The notes under the pieces are model-generated. The model was not told the origin of the DNA. It saw only the letters and a program-made list of their open reading frames with translations, and did no database searches. From Octopus sinensis (Eukaryota): a stretch of DNA of 60,263 nucleotides. The translations under genes and the position numbers were made by a program. The stretch is taken from NCBI RefSeq assembly GCF_006345805.1, contig NW_021833938.1, positions 1 to 60,263 of the forward strand. The letters are read 5' to 3'. This document shows positions 35,678 through 48,838 of the stretch, piece by piece. How positions within the stretch are numbered: the first letter of the stretch is position 1; every line of letters starts with the position of its first letter.

Positions 35678-38600
35678 AGTATGTGCACTCCTCACTGCAG
35701 TGATATTGCTGTATGTTCATTCCCCCACTGCACCAGTGTTGCACTGTGTGCACATTCCTCACTATGTCAGCACTGCAATATGAACCCTTTACACTGGTAT
35801 GCATGCAAGACTGTGTCCAATGTAGCACATAGAATCTCCATATCAATGTTGGCTCTGGCTGGGAACTGAAACCAATTTGCAATATCAGCTCAACACTACC
35901 ATACCCTTGTATAACAGTCTACAAGAGCGATGCCCAGCCTGCGGCCCACGAAGGCATTTTGTGCGACCCGTGAAACCATTTTGTATTAGAAATTCAGAAA
36001 ACTCAATTATACAAAATAACCAAAAGTTTTATTATTCTACCATCAGTTCAGTGTGTATATTATTTAACCCCTCCCCAACAACCCACCTTTTTTTTTTTTT
36101 TTTTTTTTTTTTACTTATTTCAGTCATTAGACTGTGACCATGCGGGGGCCACTTCACACTGACCCCTTGCCCTTATTTTCAAGGTCAGCACTTATCCTAT
36201 AAATCTCTTTCACCAAACCGCTAAGTTATAGGGCTGTAAACAAACTAACATTGGTTGTCAAGCAAAGAGGGGCCTCACAAACACAGACAAACTTCTACAG
36301 ATTCCACCTACTGAATTCCCCCCCCCCCCAAACATTGGTTAGTTCAGGGATATAAAAGACATTTTGCCAAAGGTGCCATGCAGTGGAACTGAACCAAAAA
36401 TCAGGTGGATGCAAAGTCTTTATAATGTTTTAAACCACAAATTCTTGATAATGTTTGAAACATTTTTTCTTTTCATAATTAAGGACTGTAATTTCCTTAT
36501 TAACACCTTCCCTTTTGTTTGGAACAATCATTTCCAGGGTACCACTGATATTTCATTTCAGCACTGGCTTTTTTTTTGTTTTCATTGGTTATTCTGTGTG
36601 AGAGAATTACAGAAATGATGTTGTTTCTTCTTGTTTCTCATTTGCAACCCTGTAACTTGAAATTTTTTCTTTTACCTCCAGCACGAGGTTTCTTTTAGTG
36701 TACCCTAGCAACAAACTAACTCCTGATTCCACAAAGAAGCCATTTCCTGGTTGCTGAAAGAAACTGGACATTAATAGTAACAGGAAGAAGAAAAAAAAAA
36801 GTACCATGTTTGCAGATAAAGAATGAGAAACAGACCCAAACATCATTCTCATAATTCTTCCTGCCAATAAAATGGTATGAACAAGTGGCACTTAAATCAA
36901 GTCATCCCAATGTTAAGATAGGGAATGACAGACCTTAGAAACAGATGGGTAATAACCAAAGCTGAAGAACTAACATGGAAATATTTGTTGCAATTAAGGA
37001 TTTTACAGGGAACCATCAGTAGTGTAGGTAGGACCAATATCTCAAGAGCGACTTGGTCTCTTATAAAATAATTCTCTCTGCTAAAGGGCTCAAGGCTGGA
37101 AATTTTGGTGGAGGTGGATTTTTTTTTCATTCATTTTGCTACAGGTACTAGTTTCAGTTGGCCTTGAAAGGATGAAAGGCCTTGGTAGTATTTGAACTCA
37201 TAAAGATGGAAGAAATACTGCTAAGCATTTTGCTTGGTGTGCCAACATTTCTGCCAAGATGCAGCCTTCTCTCATCAGATAAAGTTACATAATGGCCATC
37301 TTTTTCTGAAGAACATTCACATAAATGAAGTGAATTAAATTCAACCAAGAACTGAAACACTGATTTTTAAGCTTCGCCTTGATGTGAGCTTACAAACATG
37401 CGTTAGAGCGAACATACTTTCAATAAATTAATTAGTGTAACTACTAAGGATAACAGTCTTGCTTTCAAAGACTTGTCTAATGAGCACAGTCCATTGTCAT
37501 AGACAGGAAAAAAAATGGACTCTTCCATTTAAAAAGGGTGGGAAAAGAAAATCCGTGTGTGCGTTTTATTTTTCTTTTGAACTCGGAATACAAGAAAATG
37601 TAGCTTGGCAAATTTTAATTTATTTTGAATAATCTCCTTTTCAGAAAGAAAGAGAAAGGGAGAAAAAAAAATGAAAACCAAAAAAACCTCCCAAAAATAC
37701 AAAAAACCCTACCCACACCCACACCAAGATACACACAAACATACACACACTAAATAGCAAAACGAATAGAAAAAAAGAATCTTTTTTAAAAATATAAACA
37801 TGAACATCGTTATTATTAAGAACAAACTAAGCTGTAAGCAAACTTTAATTTTACAGTTTTAAAATGCACACAAACAAACAAAAACCAAAAAAAAAAAAAA
37901 AAAAGAAAAAAGAAAAGAAAAAGAAGTTTAAGATCAAATGACTTATTTTAGGTTGAGTTCTAATGATTTCCCCTTTTGGTGTTAATGATTAAACATCATT
38001 AACAATTCATTATCTTCTTCTTCTACTCAACTTCCAATGCGAAAAGGAATTATATTTTTAATTTTTCTTTTGCCGGTCTATAAATATATAACAGTTTCTA
38101 GTTCACACACTCACACATGCATACACACATACATACGCACGCGTGTGCACATACACATACACGTATGCACACCTTTGAAGCATTAAATTTGCACTTGTCT
38201 GTGTGTCCCCTAACTGAAATATTTCTGGTCGCCATTAACTAAAAGAAGTGAAAACGGTGTCAATCCAGCAGAATGGGCTTTTCAATTAGTTGCAGGTTAC
38301 ACAAACGAATCCTGTATGGCGTTGGATAGCTATCATATTATCTCAACGGTTCTTGGTAAATTGGTCAGGTGCGAGCATGATGACCAGTCTTGGATACTGC
38401 AGGACTTGATCCTGTTGCCACCATTGCTGTCATGTTTGGTAAAGATGGAACAAGGAGGAGAGATATGATAACAAACCAGCAATGCATCTTGGCATATATG
38501 ATGCTAATGCACAAATGGCCGGATAAAAGGATGCAAAAAAAAGCCCAGGTGTTACAATGGGAATGAATAGAAAACACCTGAAGAAATGGCACCATTATGC

Positions 38601-38689
38601 ATTAATACTGGAAACGTGGACCATGTGTGCGATGGTCAGCATCTTTATTTTAATGTCCACTTTTCCATGCTTACATAGACAGGATGAAA

Positions 38690-39092
38690 TTTTTTGAGGG
38701 GAATTTTCTACAGTTGGATGACCTTCCTGTTGCCAACCCTTAGCTCGTCCCAAGTAAGGTAATATTTCCCTAAGATACCTGTGCCGGTGACACGTTAAAA
38801 GCACCATCTGAACGTGGCAGTTTCCAGTGCCGCTTGACTGGCGTCCGTGTCGGTAACACGGAAAAACACCGAACAATCGTGGCCATTTGCCAGCCCCCTC
38901 TGGCCCCTGTGCCAGTGGCATGTAAAAAGCACCCACTACACTTACGGAGTGGATGGCATTAGGAAGGGCATCCAGCTGTAGAAACACTGCCAGATCAGAC
39001 TGGAGCCTGGTGCAGCCTCCTGGCTTCCCAGACCCCGGTCGAACCGTCCAACCCATGCTAGCATGGAAAACGGATGTTAAATGATGATGATG
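38690..39092 (+). mobile_element. Family C retroposon (longest copy)
   Basis: Same motifs. Confidence 0.75.
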
Positions 39093-39994
39093 ACCAGATA
39101 TGGTTTCATGGAAGATAGGAAATAAAAGACAGCATTTATGACAGTGAAACACACACACACACAATGGGCTTCTTTCAGTTTCTGTCAACCAAATCCACTC
39201 ACAAGGATTAAGTCAGCCAGGGGCTATAGTAGAAGACCGCACAGCCATGCCTGTGCCTATAACTGCTTATGTATCTATTTTATATTGCAGTTGGTGAATA
39301 ATAGCATCTCTGGTTAGATATTCCCAAAGAGCTCATAACCAGTTCTCACCATTCCTGATTGTCCGAGTGATAAGGGAGTGTCTGTAACTCAATACAAAAC
39401 AAACATCAAGGAATTTCAATCTTACTAGTTTTTCACTATTCTCATCTGTGCTTATATCCTTTACTACCACACACACACACACCACACTGTATTCCCACCA
39501 TTCTGGCACCACTAAACTTATTTGTCTCTTGCAATACAGACACTACGACTACCAGCATCACTATCCCCACCCCTTCCCCCTGAGTGTTATCCCTTTGGAA
39601 TCTCTTCTCTGCATATGTCCCCACCGCAGGTGTTGACCCACAACAGTCCAAATGTAACATTAACATCATCAAGTTCACCAATTTTAGAGGGTCTTTAATG
39701 GTCACAAGTACTGCACCTTCTCATAGATTCAGTAAGTGGACACAATTTCTATCTACCATATTCCTCTCTCAAGGCACTGATCAGGTCAAAACAGACATTA
39801 TTGTTTACGCAAGGTGTTGCAGAATGGAATCTAATTAGGAACCCTGAGGTTGTAAAGCCATATCATCACCGAACACACATCCTCATCACCTTTGACTATA
39901 AACACACCTATGATCGAAGACATTCCAGTCATGACCACTTCATCATATTCACATAAAAAAAGTGTATCCAAAACAGCATTAACCAATATATATA

Positions 39995-40152
39995 CACAAC
40001 GGGCTTCTTTCAGTTTCCGCCTTCCAAATCCACTCACAAGGCGTTGGTTGGCCTGAGGCTATGGTAGAAGACATTTGCCCAAGGTGCCCGGCAGTGGGAC
40101 TGAACCTAGAACCATGTGGTTGGGAAAGAAACTAAACACACAGCCATGCCCT
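39995..40152 (-). mobile_element. SINE family A, 5' half (another partial copy at ~39160-39260)
   Basis: gggcttctttcagtttccg...cacacagccatgcc. Confidence 0.75.
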
Positions 40153-41220
40153 TGGTAATACAGATGTTTTGATAAATACTTTATTGGCCAAAAGGGCTGC
40201 TAAGAGCATTTAGGACTATATATAGGACAGTGAAACCAGCAATTCTGATTGGGGAGCGGGTTAGTCACTACCATTGCCCCCTAGTGTTTGACTGTTATTT
40301 TATTTTAACGATCCCAGAAACGGTAAATGCAAAGACAATCTTGGTGGAAAACTGTTGGTGATGATGATGATGATGATGATGCGGTTTCTGATGCATCTGA
40401 CATTTTCCCAATCACTTGGATCAAATACTGTCAAAACTTTAAAAATTAAATTCCTTATATATTCCAAGAAAAAATAAAATAAAATAAAAAAAAAGCTCCT
40501 CTATAGACAACAAATAAGTATTAAGAGAGTCTTGTAGTAAAAGATAAACTATTTTTTTTGTTTTTTTTTTTCCCCAAAAAATTCTTGTAATTCTCCATAT
40601 CAAACAGAAAGAATTGGTTCATGTTCTATAGGCAACTATAAAACACAAACATTTGACATTTATTAAGTCTGTCAGCAAATTATGATGCCTTGAATTCTTT
40701 CACAAAATACAGTTTTTTGGGCTGTTTTTTTTTTTTGCGTAAAACATTTGTCCAATACTCACAGATCATTGGCTAAAACCCACTGTATCTCATTTACCAT
40801 AGTTTCCAAGGAAACAATTTCACTGGCACCATTGTTCTTACACCAGGGGAAGGTGAGCAGGAGAGAGGGGGATAAGGTATGCATAAGGCTCCACTCACTT
40901 TCTCATTCATACTCTTCTACAGTGCTACCATCTGCAGCTTTTGTTCCCATGCAGATGACTTCAGGATGAACTTAATTTAACATCGTTTTTTCCGCCCCCT
41001 CTTCCTCTCGACTTAGAATTTTCAGCTTTGACGCAGCACAAGGCTCTCCTGGTTCTAAAACACATATATATATTATCTGAAGCCTTATTGCAGAAACAGT
41101 TGCCTGCTTCAAATCAACAACACTGTTTACTAACAATAATTTCCTTTGCTTTATTAAACTTTTTTCAGCATGGAAAAAGAAACAAACATTAAATGATGAT
41201 ATATATATATATATATATAT

Positions 41221-41621
41221 CTCTTTTACTCTTTTACTTGTTTCAGTCATTTGACTGCGGCCATGCTGGAGCACCGCCTTTAGTCGAGCAAATCGACCCC
41301 GGGACTTATTCTTTGCAAGCTCAGTACTTATTCTATCGGTCTCTTTTGCCGAACCGCTAAGTGACGGGGACATAAACACACCAGCATCGGTTGTCAAGCA
41401 ATGCTAAGGGGACAAACACACGAACACACACACATATATATATACACACACATATATATGACAGGCTTCTTTCAGTTTCCATCTACCTAATCCACTCACA
41501 AGGCATTGGTCGGCCCGGGGCTATAGCAGAAGACACTTGCCCAAGATGCCACGCCGTGGGACTGAACCCGGAACCATGTGGTTGGTTAGCAAGCTACTTA
41601 CCACACAGCCACTCCTGCGCC
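41221..41621 (-). mobile_element. SINE family A, full length, low-divergence subfamily
   Basis: Complete reverse complement with internal (CA)n/(TA)n tract. Confidence 0.9.
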
Positions 41622-41749
41622 TATATATATATATAATATAAATAATAATATATATATATAGAGAGATGTACTTGCATAGCAAGTGACCTGATTTGACATT
41701 GTATACTGGAACGAAAACAATTGCAGCGTGGAAGGTGTTTATAAGCCAT

Positions 41750-41958
41750 TTAAGAAACACACAAAATCTGTTAGATTCACTTCAACATTTAAATTTAATT
41801 TGTCAAAATATTTTCGTTGCTTTGAAACCGCGACATGTCCACTGATGCAGCACGGAGCTTTGTCAGTGAACAGGTCGCGGTCTCAAATCGATGAAAATAT
41901 TTTGACAAATTAAATTTAAATGTTGAAGAGAATCTAACAGTTTTTGTGTGTTTCTTAA
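41750..41958. mobile_element. Penelope-like remnant: ~95-bp inverted repeat with variant hammerhead cores
   Basis: ttaagaaacacacaaaatctgttagattc...gtccactga pairs with tcagtgaacagg...gaatctaacagtttttgtgtgtttcttaa across a 17-nt spacer. Confidence 0.75.
41859..41909 (+). ncRNA. Candidate minimal hammerhead ribozyme with G3:C8 core variant
   Basis: UUUGUCA-GUGAACA-G-GUCGC-ggucucaaa-UCGAU-GAAA-AUAU-UU^UGACAAA: 7-bp helix I, helix II, GAAA, palindromic AAUAUU helix III. Confidence 0.55.
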
Positions 41959-42169
41959 TATATATATATATATATATATTAAGGTCATAGTGCTAGTGCA
42001 TGCATATACAGCTGCGTGTGTGTGTACACATACACGCAAGTACTGTCCAAATCTCCGACCAATCACATACAGCTAGTGGGCATTCAATTGGCGTATGAAG
42101 TTTCGGGCATTTTCACTGGGTTTTGGATAGAAAATTCACAAAAAAGTCACTTCTATTGATTTTTTAATG

Positions 42170-42725
42170 GCTTTGCGGGGTGACTGGGGAAATGTAGATA
42201 CTGATGGTATTGGGGCGTGTATAAGTCTTGAAAAAATTACAAAAATTGATTCCAGGTGAGAATGGGATCGATAAAGCCATGGGAACGTGCATTTGTACAC
42301 GCATGTACATCAGCTGTTGTGGGGTCTTGCTTTGATAAAAGTTATTTTTTAAAAAATTGTCTGGATTTCTTTTTATCATTGTCCAGTGAGAGAGTGTGTG
42401 TATGTGTATCTGAAAGAAGTGTCAATGGAAAAGAGAATGAAAGAAAGAAGGAAGAGAGGAAAAAGAAAAAAATGTGTTTACATCTATACAGCTGGTCAGT
42501 TCTTTCAACAGAAAGTGATTCTTGGCCTTTAAAAATGGCAAAACCATGTGGCTACTCCAAGGCAAAAAATTGTCTGGATTTCTTTTCATCATTGTTCAGT
42601 GAGAGAGAGAGAGTGTGTTTTGTGTGTGTGGATCTGAAAGGAGTGTCAATGGAAAAGAGAAGGAAAGAAAGAAGGAAGAAAAAATTGTGTTTACATCTAT
42701 ACAGCTGTTCAGTTCTTTCAATCCA
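42170..42725 (-). mobile_element. Same family, terminal segment present twice in tandem
   Basis: aaaaattgtctggatttc...tgtgtttacatctatacagctg.tcagttctttca occurs at ~42353-42508 and ~42565-42720. Confidence 0.55.
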
Positions 42726-42794
42726 ATGTTTGATTCCCGTGCTGGTCTGGGTTGGAGAATCGGGATGTAAGATTGTTTCTGTTTATGTATATAC

Positions 42795-43006
42795 ACATTT
42801 TTACGTGCCACCCCGTTAGGGTGGCACGTAAAAAGCACCCACTACACTCACGGAGTGGTTGGCGTAGGAAGGGCATCCAGCTGTAGAAACACTGCCAGAT
42901 CTGACTGGGCCTGATGAAGCCTTCCGGCTTCACAGACCCCAGTTGAACCGTCCAACCCATGCTAGCATGGAAAACGGACGCTAAACGATGATGATGATGA
43001 TGATGA
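42795..43006 (+). mobile_element. Family C retroposon
   Basis: Same motifs, (GAT)n tail. Confidence 0.75.
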
Positions 43007-43029
43007 CATATGTATAGTACTGTGTGTGT

Positions 43030-44480
43030 GTTTAATACAATTTACTTTACAAAACTGGTCCTTCATCTAGTACAAATTATTACCGAAATGTTTTCAGCCA
43101 TTCAGTTTGGGGGAGAACTTTGTTATGAAGTATTTTTTGGGGTTTGTTGTATCTTTTCGTTTGTTTTGGTGGTTTTGTTTCTATAATGGATTTCCCCCCA
43201 TAGTTCTTTTTGTAGTTTAGGAACCACTCCCATTGTGTGGTCCACATAATTCTGGGTCTTTCCTCCTCTCGTTTGGTATCCTCTTTCTGTAATTGTTGTA
43301 GTTTTTCCTTGTTTTGGTTATTGTTCCTTTCTGTTATTTCGGCCTCAATTATTTTAATCTTATCTTCCTGATGTAATCTTCATGTTTGTAGAAGGGAAAT
43401 TTCCGTTTCCAGTCAGCATAGAGCTAGGTCTGCACATATTGTTTCTTCCAGTGTTTCACCCCTTATTTCTTTGACAAGGAATTTTCTAGGGAGTATTGGG
43501 TTCTTCTTGTCCCGCCAGTTTTGGTATATGTTGGCTATGTTCTTACAGCATATGCTTTTCCAATAAGCATGTTTGTGTTGGTTTAGAAGTTTGTTCCAGT
43601 CTTGGGGCTTTGAAGGTTTTTTTTGGTGTGTGTCAGATTTTGTTTCTTCTCCATTGGGGTGGTCCCACCAAAAGATTTGTATTGTCAGTTATGCTTGCTT
43701 GATTATTTTTACAGAGAATACCTTGTGTTTGGATCGTATTTATTGTCAAGTCAAAGTTTGCGAAGACTGTATCGATTCTTGAAAGAAGCAAATTCAACTT
43801 ACTGCAGGTTTCTGCGAGTAGATCTTCCATACTTCTGGTATTTCTCTGTTGTGAGTGTGATTCTGCCTCATCATCATCATCATCATCATCATCGTTTAAC
43901 CTCATTTATTTTAATGTTGCATATTTTGCAGAATTGTGTTAGGTCTTCTGTGTGTTTGGTATAAGTCCGTTGTGGGTTTAATTCTGTTCCATTCTTTTCG
44001 ATGTTGTGTATTCCTGTCATGTTTTCTGTATTTTTGGTATCCTCTGTCTGTGGGTCTGATACTAATTCATCCACTCTGATGTCTTGTACATCCAAATAAA
44101 TATATTAAAAGGTTTGGAGGTGATGTACAGGTATTATATATTAGAAGAAATAAGGTATTCAGAAATCTGGATGGTTTTATATTTACAGATTTTTATTAAT
44201 ATATCACATGTTTTTATAAATCATATATTAGTGCTTGCATCCACTCTAGTGGATTCTTCAGATTTGAATGTTTTGGGGAGATTCATCTCTTTTTATAGTA
44301 TTATTGAGTGTGTAGGGGTGAAGAGAGATATAAGATAGCAAAAGAGGGTAAGGAATGGGGAGAAAGTGAGAGAGAGTGCGTGTATGTGTGTGTGTGTGCT
44401 TTTGTATCTGGAAGGAGTATCAATGGAAAAGAGAAGGAAAGAAAGAAGGAAGAGAGAAAGAACATAAAGAACGACCCTTC
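43030..44480 (-). mobile_element. Decayed retrotransposon-like ORF remnant, unclassified
   Basis: Minus-strand peptide DWNKLLNQHKHAYWKSICCKNIANIYQNWRDKKNPILPRKFLVKEIRGETLEET interrupted by stops; 44120-44480 is homologous to 26280-26600. Confidence 0.5.
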
Positions 44481-45434
44481 ATCAGTTGTCGGCTGCTTTT
44501 CTAGTCTTGTATTTTGAGCATTTAACAACAATATATGCTTTCGATAAAAACAGTTGCTCCCGCAAAGCAAATTAAGTAAAATTTGGGATTTTGCAGAGGG
44601 TTAATATTGGTAACACAAACAGGACAGCGAAAAGAAACAAGAAGGGCTGCTACACCTAAACGAGGTTATGGCGGCGAACACGTAAATCAAGCCAGAACAG
44701 GAGACAAACAAGAACACACTTTCCTTGTTCCAGCTACAACGGAGAGAAAGAAAGATGGCTGATGGACACGTGGGAGCCACGTGAGTAAGGGAGGAGGAGT
44801 GAGAGAGAGAGAGGGTGACAGAGGAAAAGGACAGAATAGTGGGAGAGGAAGAGGTAATAGAATAAGTGAGAAAAATGAAAGAATAAACAGATCATATAGA
44901 GTGCGCATCAGAATTATTAGGATAAAACTTACTTGAAGGAGGATGCGTATCACTCAATCATATAATAATATAAATAACACACACACATATATATATATAG
45001 TAGGGATATTTTAGATCCTGGCAGATCTACTTGGCTAATGGAGGTGCTTAAAGAAGAGTATTAAGAGTACACCTCATTATTAAGCAATTGATGAATTATT
45101 AATTAATAAATAATGAATTTAATCAAATACACTGCAAACCCAAGGATTGTAAAATAACAAAGTGTAGGGCAGTTATTGCAGGAGAAAGAATAACAAATAG
45201 GAAAAGGATCAGTTAAAAAATCATCATCATCATCATCATTCCTTATACATTTATTTTATAGACACACAAACACACACACACACTCACAAGCATATATCAT
45301 ATATATAGTAACACAGAAACACAGATATATAGACACACACACACACAAACACAGATCACATGTATGTATATATATCATCATCATCATCGTTTAATGTCCA
45401 CTTTCCATGCTAGCATGGGTTGGATGATTTGACT

Positions 45435-45723
45435 ACAAGACATTTTGTACTACAGAGCCAGAACCGGTTTCAGCCGGGTTTGTAATGAAATGGTTAACCC
45501 TTTTGTTACCATATTTATTTTGAGATGCTCTGTGTTTCTTTCAATTAATTTTAAATATAACAAAGAATTTAGTAAAATAGCTTAGTTATCATTAAGCTAG
45601 GGTTAGGAACATAAATTGTGACTAAGGTTTGGTGGAAGATTTTAATTCAGAAATTTTGAAAACAAGACATTTGTATCACAGAGCCAGAGGCGGTTTCAGC
45701 CGGATTGGTATCAAAAGGGTTAA
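45435..45723 (-). mobile_element. piggyBac-type MITE (45494-45723) plus adjacent partial copy
   Basis: ttaacccttttgttacc...tatcaaaagggttaa is the reverse complement of the family body. Confidence 0.85.
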
Positions 45724-46323
45724 ACAATATTTGCCTCTCATCAGATGGAGTACAGTTTTTGTTGATCTTACCTTAAAAGAAAAGCAAACTACACATATAA
45801 TATAATGTGTGTGTGTGTGTTTGTATATATATGCACACATAGAGGTTGGAGAACCATGTTTTATTCCAACATCTCAGAAACCATGTTTTAAAACTCATGA
45901 CATAGGAATGAGACGTGGTTCTTCAGCCAGCTAGAACCTGTGAAAATCGTCCAATCAAAGGAAAGCAGACAGATTGATGATGATGATGATGATGATACAA
46001 ACACAGAAAATATGATTAGTACTCCAATTGCCATTGCTAAAATATGTTTTACTCTACAGAACTGCCAGGGTTTTCCTGCAATATGTCCAACCGGAACAGG
46101 TCTCAAACTTAAATTATGCCAAATCTAATTTCATAATCAAATTCTTCATAGTTTTTCGCCCTCTATGAAGCTAAACAACCATCTAGTAATTAGAAACTTC
46201 AAATAGACCGAAAATACCCTCCCAGCACCACCACCCAACAAAAATATTCCCCAAATCAAAACAAGTTTTTGCATGAAGGAAAAAAACAAACAAATAATAA
46301 ATAAAATTTAAATTAAAAAGCCA

Positions 46324-46485
46324 GCAGGAGTGGCTGTGTGGTAAGTAGCTTGCCAACCAACCACATGGTTCCGGGTTCAGTCCCACTGCGTGGCATCTTG
46401 GGCAAGTGTCTTCTGCTATGGCCCCGGGCCGACCAATGCCTTGTGAGTGAATTTGGTAGACGGAAACTGAAAGAAGCTTGTCGTA

Positions 46486-46534
<49 letters not shown>

Positions 46535-46755
46535 TGTGTGTGTGTGTTTGTGTTTGTTCCCCTAGCATTGCTTGACAACCGATGCTGGTGTGTTTACGTC
46601 CCCGTCACTTAGCGGTTCGGCAAAAGAGACCGATAGAATAAGTACTGGGCTTACAAAAAGAATAAGTCCCGGGGTCGATTTGCTCGACTAAAGGCGGTGC
46701 TCCAGCATGGCCGCAGTCAAATGACTGAAACAAGTAAAAGAGTAAAGAGTAAGAG
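46324..46755 (+). mobile_element. SINE family A, full length, low-divergence subfamily
   Basis: Complete element. Confidence 0.9.
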
Positions 46756-47464
46756 TAAATATAGATTGAGGAGTTCAATCCTTGGTCTAACCACTACCCT
46801 ACCGTCCAATCAGTAAAAACGACGCGCTTTCATTTCACAGGTGCATGTTTTGCAATAAATCGTAAAATAACACCTGGTAACTGTAGTAGTTTGGACATTA
46901 GTAAATGAATTCATTTACAAAATTATCTAAATTTGTTAAAATCATTTTGCTCTGATGTTAATTAATACAGCAATCACCATCACTGCCTTTTTCAACGACC
47001 ATAAACCATTATTATAACAATTGAAGGTGGTCGATCAATATGCAAAATTGATGCCACCACCACTGGTGTCACCTAATTCGCTTGCAAAATGTTCTGAGTT
47101 TGTACAAGCAGAAGGAGTGTGGGATGAGGTGGGGGAAGAAAACAATAATCCCGCCATTCCAATTCTTTTAATCATTTACCGTTTCCAGTGATTAGAACCC
47201 AAGCCATGCTGGGAGTGTCTTTATTTAAAGCTTGCCAAATTGCAATGACCTCTGCAAATCTATTTTAGCGATCTTTGAAAATATGAATAACGAAGCAGAG
47301 CTGGACAACTATTTGAACTCAGAATGTAAAAAGGATGAATTAAAAAAACCCACAAGGTACTTTGAGCACTGCACTACACGCTGATTCTACTATCTGCCCC
47401 ACGATAAAAAAGAAAGAAACAACAAACTCAAAAAAAAAAAAGAAAATAATACTAGGAAAAAAAA

Positions 47465-47559
47465 TGCTCCATGCGAGGATTGAACTCGCGACCTTCAGAT
47501 TGCTCAGCATGACAGTTTGATTATGAAACTGACATGCTGTCTACTTGTACTACCATTGC
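47465..47559 (-). pseudogene. Degenerate elongator tRNA-Met(CAT) gene with a 21-nt intron between positions 37 and 38
   Basis: Minus strand: TCAGT-TTCATA-[atcaaactgtcatgctgagca]-A-TCTGA-AGGTC-GCGAG-TTCAATC-CTCGC-ATGGAGC-A then T8. Perfect T-arm, T31:T39 anticodon-stem mismatch typical of elongator Met, oligo-T terminator at 47457-47464. Acceptor 5' strand and D-arm are mutated. Confidence 0.75.
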
Positions 47560-48005
47560 AATATTATAGTTTATTATAATCCTAGGGTTGCTTCTTAACT
47601 CTTTCGACACCAAACTGGGTAATTAACTTGCAATTTCGATCAGTAACTCTGTTTTTCGCTGTCCTGTCTAATTGCTTCAGAACTAATTAATTTGTGCCAG
47701 TGACTAAATACAGCGTTAACGATTAGCTACTCCTCAAAGACACACACTAACATGTCAGTCCCATATTGTTGACATCTTCCATTAAGGTCAGGTCATTTAC
47801 AAATTGCATAACAGACATGAAACATATTCCTCAAGTCACTTAACAGCAAAAAACCATTTTACAATTCCAGTCGAAAACCTATGCACACGCATGCAGATTC
47901 CAGGATTAATAATAACAACGATAATAATAAATATACATGTGGTTATCTGAATGGGAACTACAGCTACTGCTGCTTATAGAGAGGAAGAGAATTTCTTTAT
48001 ACACC

Positions 48006-48297
48006 ACTAGCAGTATCGCCCGGCGTTGCTCGGATTTGTAAGGGAAATAACTATATAAGCATTTTTAGAGAGTTACTTCCCTTATAGATGCCAATTTGGG
48101 CTTCCTTAGCCATTTCTGTTTTGGTGTCTTCAAGCCATGAAGTCGTTGTTCTAAAAGAACGCTGGTCTCCTTGACAACGAATCACGACTATAAGATACCC
48201 GAATTTGGTTAAACTGCACCGCAAAATGTGGGAGTAGTTAGGAATCTAAATCGAAGGGAACAGACACTCACACAACTACAGTTTTATATATATAGAT
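48006..48297 (+). mobile_element. Non-autonomous Helitron/Helentron-like element
   Basis: 5' end actagcagtatcgcccggcgttgctcgg and 3' end gttttatatatatagat match the end pattern of short invertebrate Helitron-type elements. Confidence 0.65.
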
Positions 48298-48557
48298 AAG
48301 GTTGAGAAAAAGAGGGGACAATACGGTGGGGACAGACAAAACAAACGTTGGGGGTCTCGGAATTTGATTGGTATTTCATTTTGCAAATCGCAGATGGATG
48401 AAAAACGAAGCTGACCACATACCAAGATTTGAACTCACAGAGTAAAGAACTGGAGAACAAATACGGAAACGAAGCCACCCCACCCCCCCATGCCTGTCAA
48501 TTCTGCCAGAAGCTTAAACCCTTTAGCGTTCGGATTACTCTGTTAAATCTCTCTTTT

Positions 48558-48794
48558 TACTCGTTTCAGTCCTTTGACTGTGGCCATGCTGGAGCACCAC
48601 CTTTAGTCGAGCAAATCGCCCCCCAGGGACTTATTCTTTGTAAGCCCAGTACTTATTCTATCGTTCTCTTTTGCCGAACTGCTAAGTGACGGGGACGTAA
48701 ACACACCAGCATCGGTTGTCAAGCAATGCTAGGGGGACAAACACAGACAAACAAACACACACACACACACACACGTTTCTCCATTTTCTCATTT

Positions 48795-48838
<44 letters not shown>

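Noticed and set aside
42911-42940. CTGATGA-AGCC-ttcc-GGCT hammerhead-like start
   Set aside because: No GAAA after the stem; a mutated part of a family C repeat.
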